Shown here: positions 1 through 10,500 of the stretch, piece by piece
How the letters are laid out: each line of letters starts with the position of its first letter
Numbering within the stretch: position 1 is the first letter of the stretch
Assembly (NCBI GenBank): GCA_000002445.1
Contig: CM000208.1
Span: 3,776,001-3,840,000 of the forward strand
DNA length: 64,000 nucleotides
From: Trypanosoma brucei
Lineage: Eukaryota
Direction of reading: 5' to 3'
Position numbers and translations under genes: made by a program
The notes under the pieces: model-generated
The model's database searches: none
What the model was told of the DNA's origin: nothing
What the model saw: only the letters and a program-made list of their open reading frames with translations

Positions 1-3
1 ACA

Positions 4-3000
4 GTGGGAGAGAAGTTTTCTGTAGGTTCCAAACGTCACAGCCAGTCCCCAGGAGTGTCTCCTCCGACGAGTGGCGCTCATGGAAGCGACTCGCATGCGC
101 CGCTCCAGCGCTTACCGTCCAATACGGAGGGTTACCTCCGCCTTACAACTTCACTTGTGTGTAACAATGTCTCCGGTAACCTCAAACACAGGAAAGAGAA
201 TCTACTGGAGAAGGGGCTTTCCTTCGGTCGGTTGAATCCGTGCCATGAGCAGGCCACGGAGGGCAATGTGAAATGTAGTAACGAGAAGGCTGTGTGTGCC
301 GGCGATGTCGTCAACCTTTTTCGTTTACTAGCTACCTCATCCATTGCACAGCACCAACTCCGCCATAATGTTATACGTCCAGTTATTTCTGCTGCAGTTT
401 TGGACAGTAGCGGCAATGCCGGAACCCGCGGAGCGCTGCACCGACATTATCAGCGGATAAAATGTCGTGCCTTATTGGATCACACATGGTACTCAATCCC
501 TATCCAACCGGTTCCTTCGACGCAGGATGAGGTTCAGTGGATACCTATTGTGTTTGGGAGTGCAGAATGTATTAGTGATGTGGGTTATCGCACTGCAGTG
601 CACATTGGCTTCTTTCCAAATGCGGAAGTCACTGATGACAGTGTGCGCGGCAACCCGTTGAGACCAAAAGGAACCGCATTCGCAACAGATGTGTCAAAGC
701 AGTCTGCATCCCCGGGAACTGCCACGAGAAGTGCCATGATGCCGTTGGACACCAATCACGCGACGCTGCAAACAAGCTCTTCTGACGGAAGTAAGGGGTT
801 ATGTTTCTCCGCACAACTGAAAACTGCAGTATCATCAAGCAACGAGGAAGTACCAGCTGGCGTGTCAGCAAGAAGGGGTGGTGTTGCCATGTCCTTCAAC
901 ACAGGCAACGAGGAAGTACCAGCTGGCGTGTCAGCAAGAAGGGGTGGTGTTGCCATGTCCTTCAACAAAGGCAACGAGGAAGTGCCAGCTGGCGTGTCAG
1001 CAAGAAGAGGTGGTGTTGCCATGTCCTTCAACAAAGGCAACGAGGAAGTACCAGCTGGCGTGTCAGCAAGAAGGGGTGGTGTTGCCATGTCCTTCAACAA
1101 AGGCAACGAGGAAGTACCAGCTGGCGTGTCAGCAAGAAGGGGTGGTGTTGCCATGTCCTTCAACACAGGCAACGAGGAAGTACCAGCTGGCGTGTCAGCA
1201 AGAAGGGGTGGTGTTGCCATGTCCTTCAACACAGGCAACGAGGAAGTACCAGCTGGCGTGTCAGCAAGAAGGGGTGGTGTTGCCATGTCCTTCAACACAG
1301 GCAACGAGGAAGTACCAGCTGGCGTGTCAGCAAGAAGGGGTGGTGTTGCCATGTCCTTCAACACAGGCAACGAGGAAGTACCAGCTGGCGTGTCAGCAAG
1401 AAGGGGTGGTGTTGCCATGTCCTTCAACACAGGCAACGAGGAAGTACCAGCTGGCGTGTCAGCAAGAAGGGGTGGTGTTGCCATGTCCTTCAACACAGGC
1501 AACGAGGAAGTACCAGCTGGCGTGTCAGCAAGAAGGGGTGGTGTTGCCATGTCCTTCAACACAGGCAACGAGGAAGTACCAGCTGGCGTGTCAGCAAGAA
1601 GAGGTGGTGTTGCCATGTCCTTTGACACCGGCAATCTGACGGGGGTCGGAAGTGGGAATGTTGCTTGCTCTTCAGAACGAGAGATTGTCTTAAGGAGGAG
1701 TGCCATGGAAGGCGGTAGTGGTTGGGAGCAGCGTTGTTCGTCGGCGCTTTTCTCGCCAAGACCATATCGACCGACTTCTTTAAGAGTTTGGGAGCCGGGC
1801 GCTGACGATCAATCTAACTCCAATCGTTTTGAGCAAGGCACACGTGTGACATGTGCCGGGCCCCCGGCTGGCTTCTCTGCCACGTCAACTCCCTGGTGGC
1901 GATTGCCATCTCAAGGACCCAGGCGCGGGGATGGCGTTAACGCGGGGAGAGGTGAGTGTAGTACTGGTGGATTCTGTAACGATTGGCAACAATGTGACAC
2001 TTGTGGGGGCCGGTTTCCTCAGGGTAGTACTTCTAACCCGAGGTTTTGTGAGCACCTACAGTCACGACCAACAAGCGTGCTTAATACTTATGGAAAATTT
2101 TCCAGAAGTCACAGCCCCCATCCCTCCTACAACGCGATGCAACAGCGACAGACACAACATTACTCTACGATGGGCCGTGATGGACGTTTGCGGCCGCCAC
2201 ACACAGACCGCTGGGACAGCAATGATGTCAATGGTGACGTCTCGCCCAGGACCGCCACCGATCCGCTGAGAGGAACATTTTGGAAGTCGCCGACGCTCAA
2301 CCCTTCCAACCATCGAAACGGGGCAGATCCACTTCTTTCACCGTTATCGAGTCCGTCGTGCAGTGGCGTACTCACACCAAATGCAGGTCGGAGGCCGACG
2401 ATAGGTGAGTTCGCTGCAACCAACACCAGGTCCAGCGCATTCAATTGTCTAGCATCGTTCAAACATCACGGCGCCGCAACGGAAACTGGTAACCGCACGG
2501 CTAGTGGTCTCGAAAATAACTACCATGGACCTTCCTTTTGTAAGAACAGGGCAGGTGTGCCGACTAAACGGTCCGTCGTCCCCACCTTTGGCAGAATGGA
2601 TACTTTGTACGATAACAGTGCATCCGGCATACCCATTTATAACGAGTACGGCTACCCGCAAGGCGATTCTCGGGTGCGACCGAGGGGTATGCAGGTAATG
2701 GATATGATGTACGACCGCCAGTGGCAGCGGACGCAACCCCCGGCTCGCCTGCCGGTTGGTGCAGGACCCACTAATCGAGGTTCGCTAAGTACTTCATGGA
2801 CTAATACAACAAAAAATGGTGTTTGCGGCATGAGAAGGGCATGTTTGCCCGGAAAGCCACCACTCGCATCCACAAGACCAAACGGAGCTTCGAACACACT
2901 GAACAACGGCATTGCCCCCACGGCAGTTCGGCGCTTAACACTCCGCGAGCGAATACAACTCCAGCGGAGGCTTCAGCAACGAGAAGCAAACATAAGTGCC

Positions 3001-5661
3001 TTTGAGACGAATATAAAGGAAAACTATTGTGTGGGAAATGATGTAAAACGGTTTCGGACGGACGTTGGTGACCTTAGTTCCGCGAATAAAACAACTGCCA
3101 GCAATGGGGGGGAGAGAACGACAACGGAAACGAACTCGGCATGTGGTGCACGTACGGCTGCAGCATTGGCAGCAGTGACATTTGGGGGCGACCCTCCATC
3201 AAAAGGTTCCCTTCACTCCATTGGAAAGGATATTATGCGCTTGAAATCCCTTACGTCCCCATTCGCGGAGGCAGACGGGGTTAATGTGTCCTTTTGCCTA
3301 AGGGATTTAACCAATGCTTTTCTACGTATGCCTCAAAGTGAAATAAAGGAGTATGACCTCTCTAAAGCTGCGTGGTTGGAGGATGGGGTCTCGTGTTTCG
3401 TGTCCGCCAAGCCTACAAAATTTAATGGTGAGTTTGAAAACTATGTTAGGCACTTCAACTTTCACCAGCATCCGTTTTATTTGAGGGAAAGGGCCTTTTT
3501 ATTTGTTCTGCGAGTCCCCACTCAGCCGCAACTCCGTCTCATTATCGCCGTTCACAACATGCATGATTTTCTCTCAGTACTACGACAGCGGCCACTGCGA
3601 CCGCTAGAATCTTGGAGAGGACCGCATTCAATGGAAGAAGAAATGGGTGGTCTCAGTGGAAGGGAAAATGCCTCGCAACTTCCAGCTGATGAATGTAATT
3701 CAGGTCGGACCCGCACTTTCCTGCAGCGGCTGTGTAAATTCATGAAGAATTGTATTTCGGGGGGAAATGGCGGCGGCACCCAGCAAATGGGGTGGGCACC
3801 CATAACGTGGGGTCAGCGACTGGCTCTTCTGCGGATACAAGCGTCGGCGGCAGTACACGGCCAGGCATGGAGCGAATGCACAACTCCGTTACTCACAGAC
3901 CCGGTTGTACTCTACTCACGCATGTCATTTCTGTCGAACCGCACCGCCTCGTTCGCAGTGCTGCGCTGTCAGCTGGACACCCTCAAAGCGTTTGCCTCCA
4001 CTTGGATAAAGAGTAAAAGAACAACGGCGGACGAAAACCAGGTGCGGATGATACAAAACCGTATCAGTAAGGTAGAAAGTATACAATTGGGATGTGATGC
4101 CCCTACTGCTGGAATTGGTGAGCCCAAAACTTCTTCAAGCGGGGTACAGGCAGCTGGTCGTGTTCAGCAGCGGTTGAGATCTCTACCCCTCCGTAAAAGA
4201 ATGGGGGCTCCTTTCGCGTGGAAAAAGGCTGATACAACTTCGAATTCCGTGGAAAAAAAAGGAGAGACGCAGAGGCAGCCTCAGTTGAAATCAACGATTT
4301 CTTCGTATTCTTCATCAGCAAGTTTGTGCCGCTCTAAACCAGAAGTGGGAGGTGCTAATTCCTCAACGCCACCTGGTGGCGTTCCAGCCTCTGATGCCGC
4401 AGGAGCTGCAACTCCACTTGCGGACGCTGACGGCACTCTGATTCGGATTGCAGAGAGACTCACGTCATCCACCGATATAGTGAGCGGAAACAATCATTTC
4501 CCCCCAATGCGAACCATTTTGAAGCTAGTAACATTGTGGGAGCAAAATGCTCAGCGACAGAGGGCATTTAATGACTGTCCTGCAGAGCCCGCGCCTTACT
4601 CCTACGGAGGATCAGATACGGTGCTGGCTAGCAACCTCGGAGCCCGCGCAGAGTTGCGGGACCACCAGGACGATTATGATATTAGCGTCTCCCACATTCA
4701 GCAACTGCTGCAGTGGCAGTGGGAATACCACCAGAACAGCTATGAGGCATTGTCTTTACCTGTATTCCGTGGAGCGCTTGTGGCAAGCAGGGGCTGCCGC
4801 TATGGGAGCGATGCATGCAGTAGTGTGGATCCCAAGGTAATGGGTGTGAATCCCCTTTCCCGGTCACTGTTGCTCGCTCTGGTTAAGTGGGGGTGGCTAG
4901 TACCGATAGACTACAAAGCGTTGCACAAACGGGCCGTGCGTCACACTGCCGTCGGCGACAACATGCTATCACGCGTTCAATTTGGCTTCGGCGTGAGGCG
5001 TCGCACACTATTTGTGGGGGTGCTGGGGTTCACATGTTACCGCGGATGGGCCCTGAGTCTTCTTATTTTGTATGCTGCGTATCGCTGCTTCAAGTTGGCT
5101 GCAGTTGGTCTACTCAGTACCGGCGCACCGTGGCCCGCGCCTTTGCACTCGGGAACTTCTATCGTGTACAGTCGCTCGGAGGCAGCAGTGGAGGCTATGC
5201 TCGAAGAGCGGCAACACTTTCTCTCGCAGTTGCTTGCCACTCGCGTACTGCAAACTCAGCACTACGTTCACAACTTTGCAAGTCGTCTGGACATGCTTCT
5301 GCGGGGATACTCACCGATCCTTTCACTTATCATTGGTATCGAACTACTGTTTGTGTGGATTTTTTTTGCGTGTTGGAGCGGCGCCGCACGCGTTTCCGCT
5401 ACCTTCGGGGTCAATATAGACCTCCTCCATCAATATATGTCGGAGCTCATCTCTCCCTTACCGCTGTACGACAACGTCATGTGGTGCCTTACCTACATGA
5501 AGCCAAATGTGGCAGGCGTGGAGACCTTTTCTCTCGTTGCCCCTCTGTTTGTCGTCCTTTGTTTGATGACCCAGTCACCACTGCGATGGGTGCTGTACAA
5601 AACATGGGAAATGTTTTTGCATGATGACGCGCTCGTCCGACGTCCGGTGCTCTCTTTCTGA
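4..5661 (+). CDS. Hypothetical repeat-containing membrane protein; 5' end probably upstream of the window
   Basis: A 5.6-kb ORF open from the window edge; in an intron-less genome this cannot be chance. It contains 12 tandem 22-aa repeats (NTGNEEVPAGVSARRGGVAMSF). The C-terminal ~350 aa carry several long hydrophobic stretches that look like transmembrane helices (e.g. LFVGVLGFTCYRGWALSLLILYAAY, ILSLIIGIELLFVWIFFACW, FSLVAPLFVVLCLM). No recognisable catalytic motif. Confidence 0.75.
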   Translation: MGEKFSVGSKRHSQSPGVSPPTSGAHGSDSHAPLQRLPSNTEGYLRLTTSLVCNNVSGNLKHRKENLLEKGLSFGRLNPCHEQATEGNVKCSNEKAVCAGDVVNLFRLLATSSIAQHQLRHNVIRPVISAAVLDSSGNAGTRGALHRHYQRIKCRALLDHTWYSIPIQPVPSTQDEVQWIPIVFGSAECISDVGYRTAVHIGFFPNAEVTDDSVRGNPLRPKGTAFATDVSKQSASPGTATRSAMMPLDTNHATLQTSSSDGSKGLCFSAQLKTAVSSSNEEVPAGVSARRGGVAMSFNTGNEEVPAGVSARRGGVAMSFNKGNEEVPAGVSARRGGVAMSFNKGNEEVPAGVSARRGGVAMSFNKGNEEVPAGVSARRGGVAMSFNTGNEEVPAGVSARRGGVAMSFNTGNEEVPAGVSARRGGVAMSFNTGNEEVPAGVSARRGGVAMSFNTGNEEVPAGVSARRGGVAMSFNTGNEEVPAGVSARRGGVAMSFNTGNEEVPAGVSARRGGVAMSFNTGNEEVPAGVSARRGGVAMSFDTGNLTGVGSGNVACSSEREIVLRRSAMEGGSGWEQRCSSALFSPRPYRPTSLRVWEPGADDQSNSNRFEQGTRVTCAGPPAGFSATSTPWWRLPSQGPRRGDGVNAGRGECSTGGFCNDWQQCDTCGGRFPQGSTSNPRFCEHLQSRPTSVLNTYGKFSRSHSPHPSYNAMQQRQTQHYSTMGRDGRLRPPHTDRWDSNDVNGDVSPRTATDPLRGTFWKSPTLNPSNHRNGADPLLSPLSSPSCSGVLTPNAGRRPTIGEFAATNTRSSAFNCLASFKHHGAATETGNRTASGLENNYHGPSFCKNRAGVPTKRSVVPTFGRMDTLYDNSASGIPIYNEYGYPQGDSRVRPRGMQVMDMMYDRQWQRTQPPARLPVGAGPTNRGSLSTSWTNTTKNGVCGMRRACLPGKPPLASTRPNGASNTLNNGIAPTAVRRLTLRERIQLQRRLQQREANISAFETNIKENYCVGNDVKRFRTDVGDLSSANKTTASNGGERTTTETNSACGARTAAALAAVTFGGDPPSKGSLHSIGKDIMRLKSLTSPFAEADGVNVSFCLRDLTNAFLRMPQSEIKEYDLSKAAWLEDGVSCFVSAKPTKFNGEFENYVRHFNFHQHPFYLRERAFLFVLRVPTQPQLRLIIAVHNMHDFLSVLRQRPLRPLESWRGPHSMEEEMGGLSGRENASQLPADECNSGRTRTFLQRLCKFMKNCISGGNGGGTQQMGWAPITWGQRLALLRIQASAAVHGQAWSECTTPLLTDPVVLYSRMSFLSNRTASFAVLRCQLDTLKAFASTWIKSKRTTADENQVRMIQNRISKVESIQLGCDAPTAGIGEPKTSSSGVQAAGRVQQRLRSLPLRKRMGAPFAWKKADTTSNSVEKKGETQRQPQLKSTISSYSSSASLCRSKPEVGGANSSTPPGGVPASDAAGAATPLADADGTLIRIAERLTSSTDIVSGNNHFPPMRTILKLVTLWEQNAQRQRAFNDCPAEPAPYSYGGSDTVLASNLGARAELRDHQDDYDISVSHIQQLLQWQWEYHQNSYEALSLPVFRGALVASRGCRYGSDACSSVDPKVMGVNPLSRSLLLALVKWGWLVPIDYKALHKRAVRHTAVGDNMLSRVQFGFGVRRRTLFVGVLGFTCYRGWALSLLILYAAYRCFKLAAVGLLSTGAPWPAPLHSGTSIVYSRSEAAVEAMLEERQHFLSQLLATRVLQTQHYVHNFASRLDMLLRGYSPILSLIIGIELLFVWIFFACWSGAARVSATFGVNIDLLHQYMSELISPLPLYDNVMWCLTYMKPNVAGVETFSLVAPLFVVLCLMTQSPLRWVLYKTWEMFLHDDALVRRPVLSF
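841..1632 (+). repeat. Coding tandem repeat, 66-bp unit, ~12 copies
   Basis: Direct inspection: 'aacgaggaagtaccagctggcgtg...' recurs at 841, 907, 973 and so on, with a 66-bp period. Copies differ only by occasional single bases (aca/aaa, agg/aga). Confidence 0.95.
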
Positions 5662-6118
5662 ATTGCGCGGACAATCTGGTGGGAGGGCTGGTGGAGATCA
5701 GTCCCGTGAAATGTGGACGCTTTGTTGGGTAGGCCGCTAGCTCTTGGCTTTCCATTTTCGAGTCACAGAGGCGTGAGAGAAAATTTTTTCTTTTTGTTGT
5801 CTACTGAACTTTTGCTTGACGATGAGAAATTCATCTTTGCACCTTCGGCTTTACCGCCGTCGCCGAAGGCTATGTCACCGGGTGTGAAGGAAAGAGGAAA
5901 CCTGGTAGTTTTCTGTAACGTTTGTTTGCCTCTTCTATTTTCTGCTGTTGGTTCGTTAGGTGTTTTGCCACTGTTACCCGACCAACCGACCGGGGATTCT
6001 CCTTCACTAATTCCTTTAACCTCCGTATGTCCGTGGTGTATTTTTGGAAATGTAAAGTGAAAAGTATAGTGACTTTCCCAGGAAAAATAATATAGTCCAT
6101 CCACTCTTGTACCTCCTA

Positions 6119-6826
6119 ATGCAATTTGATGGACGTAGTGGTGGAGAAGGTGATGCAGAAGGGGTCCAAGGTGCTGGGGCAGCTGCAGTTAACACCCCTA
6201 GCATCGTCAGTGATGACGAGCTGATGGCTTTAGAGAAGCGGGAGTCACTTATTGTACTTCAGGATGCGGTGTGGTCTGTCAGCTCCGCTAAGCATGGAAA
6301 CGGTGTCATGTGTCTTTTAGATGGATCGCACAACACGTTCTGGCAATCCGACGGTGTCGTCCCACATGTCATTTCCATTGATTTTGCGCTCCTCAAGCCT
6401 GTGGCAGCCGTCGCTTTGTATCTTGACTGTGCGGAGGACAATAGCTACACCCCGCGGAGGATGCGAGTGCAAGCTGGTACACACAATGGTGACATGGCCG
6501 ACGTTGCAACCGTGACAGTAGACGATCCGCGGGGTTGGGTACTCATTAGAATGCAGACTGAAGCCGAGACACCTTCCTCATGGAATACCCCTGCAGCACA
6601 TAGTGACGATGCTAAGGCGGATATCGAAAACGATATGCCCCTTGATAACGCTGATTTCGAAGAATTTATTCAAGATGGTGTGTGGTGCACGCGAGTACGC
6701 GTTATTGTGGAGGAAAACCGACAAGAGGGCCGCGATTGTCATGTTCGCGGACTCCGTGTTTTAGGACACATAAAACAAAGTCTTTTTACGACGGCCTCCT
6801 TCACACAGAACCTTCATCTTCGCTGA
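6119..6826 (+). CDS. APC10: Anaphase-promoting complex subunit 10 (APC10/DOC1), DOC domain protein
   Basis: Translation contains the DOC-domain hallmarks: AVWSVSS...NTFWQSDGVVPHVISIDF...LYLDCAEDNSYTPRRMRVQAGT...PRGWVLIRM...VRVIVEENRQEGRDCHVRGLRVLG. These align block-for-block with APC10 from memory (TYWQSDG-PH, DESYTP, GW, NHQNGRDTHxR). The track ORF starts at a TTG at 6107; the first ATG is 6119. The N-terminal extension and an acidic insert are lineage-specific. Confidence 0.8.
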   Translation: MQFDGRSGGEGDAEGVQGAGAAAVNTPSIVSDDELMALEKRESLIVLQDAVWSVSSAKHGNGVMCLLDGSHNTFWQSDGVVPHVISIDFALLKPVAAVALYLDCAEDNSYTPRRMRVQAGTHNGDMADVATVTVDDPRGWVLIRMQTEAETPSSWNTPAAHSDDAKADIENDMPLDNADFEEFIQDGVWCTRVRVIVEENRQEGRDCHVRGLRVLGHIKQSLFTTASFTQNLHLR

Positions 6827-7511
6827 AATGCACGTACAGTTACGTGATGTCTATGATTTTTCAAATAGCCAACATGCTGCACGGAGAGCTCCATCAGTAG
6901 ATTTCACGGCATTCGTACAGAAGTACAGAGGAGGCTTACTCGTCACTCACCACACGAATTCTTTTGAAGCAAACAATGCATCTCACACATACAAACGCTC
7001 GTTGACGAATAAGTCAACGCAAGAGTGATAGAACCACATTTCAATCTTTTAAGGTTATCACCGTGTCCGCGGTATGAGAGTCGGGAGTGGGAAAGGTACC
7101 TTAAAGACCAGGGTGGGGAAAATGTAGGGAAATTTCGTGGCCGTGTTCTTTTTTTTCGTGTAAAAGTTAATCTCCTCTCTTCTCGTATTATTTTCAACGT
7201 TTACCTCGACAAACACTTGTGCACATATATATGTATATACGATACCACTACAAAATACACCTCTCCCTAACAAAGAGATGCATAACTGCTATCACCGCCA
7301 CAACATTAGACCGTGTACAATGAAGTACGGAACATAAATGGCAGAGAAAAAATATTTTACAGTATTTTCCCTTAACTATTTTACAACGCATCAACTATGA
7401 AGTTACTAGTGTAGCCCGGCATCGCCACACCGGCATCAACATAAAAACAAAAACCTGCAAGAACCAGACCACATCACACTACAACATACACAAATCAAGC
7501 CGTCCCATAAT

Positions 7512-10500
7512 ATGGCTGACTCAATTGATTACGAAAACGATTTCGAAGAAATAGTACTCTGCGATGTAACTCCAGCAGAAACACAATCAACAACAAACTC
7601 TGAGCAGTCACCGGGGCCTGAAAAAAAAGAAAACGAAGAAACACCATGTACACCAACAAAAATAAAAAAAGAATCAAACTCAACAACAATCTCAAACAAG
7701 AGCGGCACGACTCCAACAAAAGAATATATAAACAACAACACAAAACAATCAACGAATGCATCCCCTTTCTTGGAATCACAGACATCGGCTAGACTTACAT
7801 CTAATCACGAAGAGCTTTCGTCAGAAGCTAAACAACAGTTCCCTGTGGAGTCACCGAAGGAAGCAACTCCGCGTGTAGCCTCTCGTGCGTCTACGAAATC
7901 GTCGTCACCTCATGAGGATCCTTCACGTGCATCATCGAAGAAATCATCGGATGGTTCAATGCAACAAGATCTTCCGTGGTTGCAATCACAGACATCGGCT
8001 AGACCTACATCCAATCACGAAGAGCTTTCGTCAGAAGCTAAACAACAGTTCCCTGTGGAGTCACCGAAGGAAGCAACTCCGCGTGTAGCCTCTCGTGCGT
8101 CTACGAAATCGTCGTCACCTCATGAGGATCCTTCACGTGCATCATCGAAGAAATCATCGGATGGTTCAATGCAACAAGATCTTCCGTGGTTGCAATCACA
8201 GACATCGGCTAGACCTACATCCAATCACGAAGAGCTTTCGTCAGAAGCTAAACAACAGTTCCCTGTGGAGTCACCGAAGGAAGCAACTCCGCATGTAGCC
8301 TCTCGTGCGTCTACGAAATCGTCGTCACCTCATGAGGATCCTTCACGTGCATCATCGAAGAAATCATCGGATGGTTCAATGCAACAAGATCTTCCGTGGT
8401 TGCAATCACAGACATCGGCTAGACCTACATCCAATCACGAAGAGCTTTCGTCAGAAGCTAAACAACAGTTCCCTGTGGAGTCACCGAAGGAAGCAACTCC
8501 GCATGTAGCCTCTCGTGCGTCTACGAAATCGTCGTCACCTCATGAGGATCCTTCACGTGCATCATCGAAGAAATCATCGGATGGTTCAATGCAACAAGAT
8601 CTTCCGTGGTTGCAATCACAGACATCGGCTAGACCTACATCCAATCACGAAGAGCTTTCGTCAGAAGCTAAACAACAGTTCCCTGTGGAGTCACCGAAGG
8701 AAGCAACTCCGCATGTAGCCTCTCGTGCGTCTACGAAATCGTCGTCACCTCATGAGGATCCTTCACGTGCATCATCGAAGAAATCATCGGATGGTTCAAT
8801 GCAACAAGATCTTCCGTGGTTGCAATCACAGACATCGGCTAGACCTACATCCAATCACGAAGAGCTTTCGTCAGAAGCTAAACAACAGTTCCCTGTGGAG
8901 TCACCGAAGGAAGCAACTCCGCGTGTAGCCTCTCGTGCGTCTACGAAATCGTCGTCACCTCATGAGGATCCTTCACGTGCATCATCGAAGAAATCATCGG
9001 ATGGTTCAATGCAACAAGATCTTCCGTGGTTGCAATCACAGACATCGGCTAGACCTACATCTAATCACGAAGAGCTTTCGTCAGAAGCTAAACAACAGTT
9101 CCCTGTGGAGTCACCGAAGGAAGCAACTCCGCGTGTAGCCTCTCGTGCGTCTACGAAATCGTCGTCACCTCATGAGGATCCTTCACGTGCATCATCGAAG
9201 AAATCATCGGATGGTTCAATGCAACAAGATCTTCCGTGGTTGCAATCACAGACATCGGCTAGACCTACATCCAATCACGAAGAGCTTTCGTCAGAAGCTA
9301 AACAACAGTTCCCTGTGGAGTCACCGAAGGAAGCAACTCCGCATGTAGCCTCTCGTGCGTCTACGAAATCGTCGTCACCTCATGAGGGTCCTTCACGTGC
9401 ATCATCGAAGAAATCATCGGATGGTTCAATGCAACAAGATCTTCCGTGGTTGCAATCACAGACATCGGCTAGACCTACATCCAATCACGAAGAGCTTTCG
9501 TCAGAAGCTAAACAACAGTTCCCTGTGGAGTCACCGAAGGAAGCAACTCCGCATGTAGCCTCTCGTGCGTCTACGAAATCGTCGTCACCTCATGAGGATC
9601 CTTCACGTGCATCATCGAAGAAATCATCGGATGGTTCAATGCAACAAGATCTTCCGTGGTTGCAATCACAGACATCGGCTAGACCTACATCCAATCACGA
9701 AGAGCTTTCGTCAGAAGCTAAACAACAGTTCCCTGTGGAGTCACCGAAGGAAGCAACTCCGCATGTAGCCTCTCGTGCGTCTACGAAATCGTCGTCACCT
9801 CATGAGGATCCTTCACGTGCATCATCGAAGAAATCATCGGATGGTTCAATGCAACAAGATCTTCCGTGGTTGCAATCACAGACATCGGCTAGACCTACAT
9901 CCAATCACGAAGAGCTTTCGTCAGAAGCTAAACAACAGTTCCCTGTGGAGTCACCGAAGGAAGCAACTCCGCGTGTAGCCTCTCGTGCGTCTACGAAATC
10001 GTCGTCACCTCATGAGGATCCTTCACGTGCATCATCGAAGAAATCATCCGATGGTTCAATGCAACAAGATCTTCCGTGGTTGCAATCACAGACATCGGCT
10101 AGACCTACATCTAATCACGAAGAGCTTTCGTCAGAAGCTAAACAACAGTTCCCTGTGGAGTCACCGAAGGAAGCAACTCCGCATGTAGCCTCTCGTGCGT
10201 CTACGAAATCGTCGTCACCTCATGAGGATCCTTCACGTGCATCATCGAAGAAATCATCCGATGGTTCAATGCAACAAGATCTTCCGTGGTTGCAATCACA
10301 GACATCGGCTAGACCTACATCCAATCACGAAGAGCTTTCGTCAGAAGCTAAACAACAGTTCCCTGTGGAGTCACCGAAGGAAGCAACTCCGCATGTAGCC
10401 TCTCGTGCGTCTACGAAATCGTCGTCACCTCATGAGGATCCTTCACGTGCATCATCGAAGAAATCATCGGATGGTTCAATGCAACAAGATCTTCCGTGGT

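Noticed and set aside
756-1706. ORFs 756-1706 (-), 801-1625 (+) and 878-1639 (+) with their own repeated peptide motifs
   Set aside because: They are alternate-frame or antisense readings of the 66-bp coding repeat inside the 4-5661 gene. Periodic sequence stays open in several frames, so they are not independent genes.
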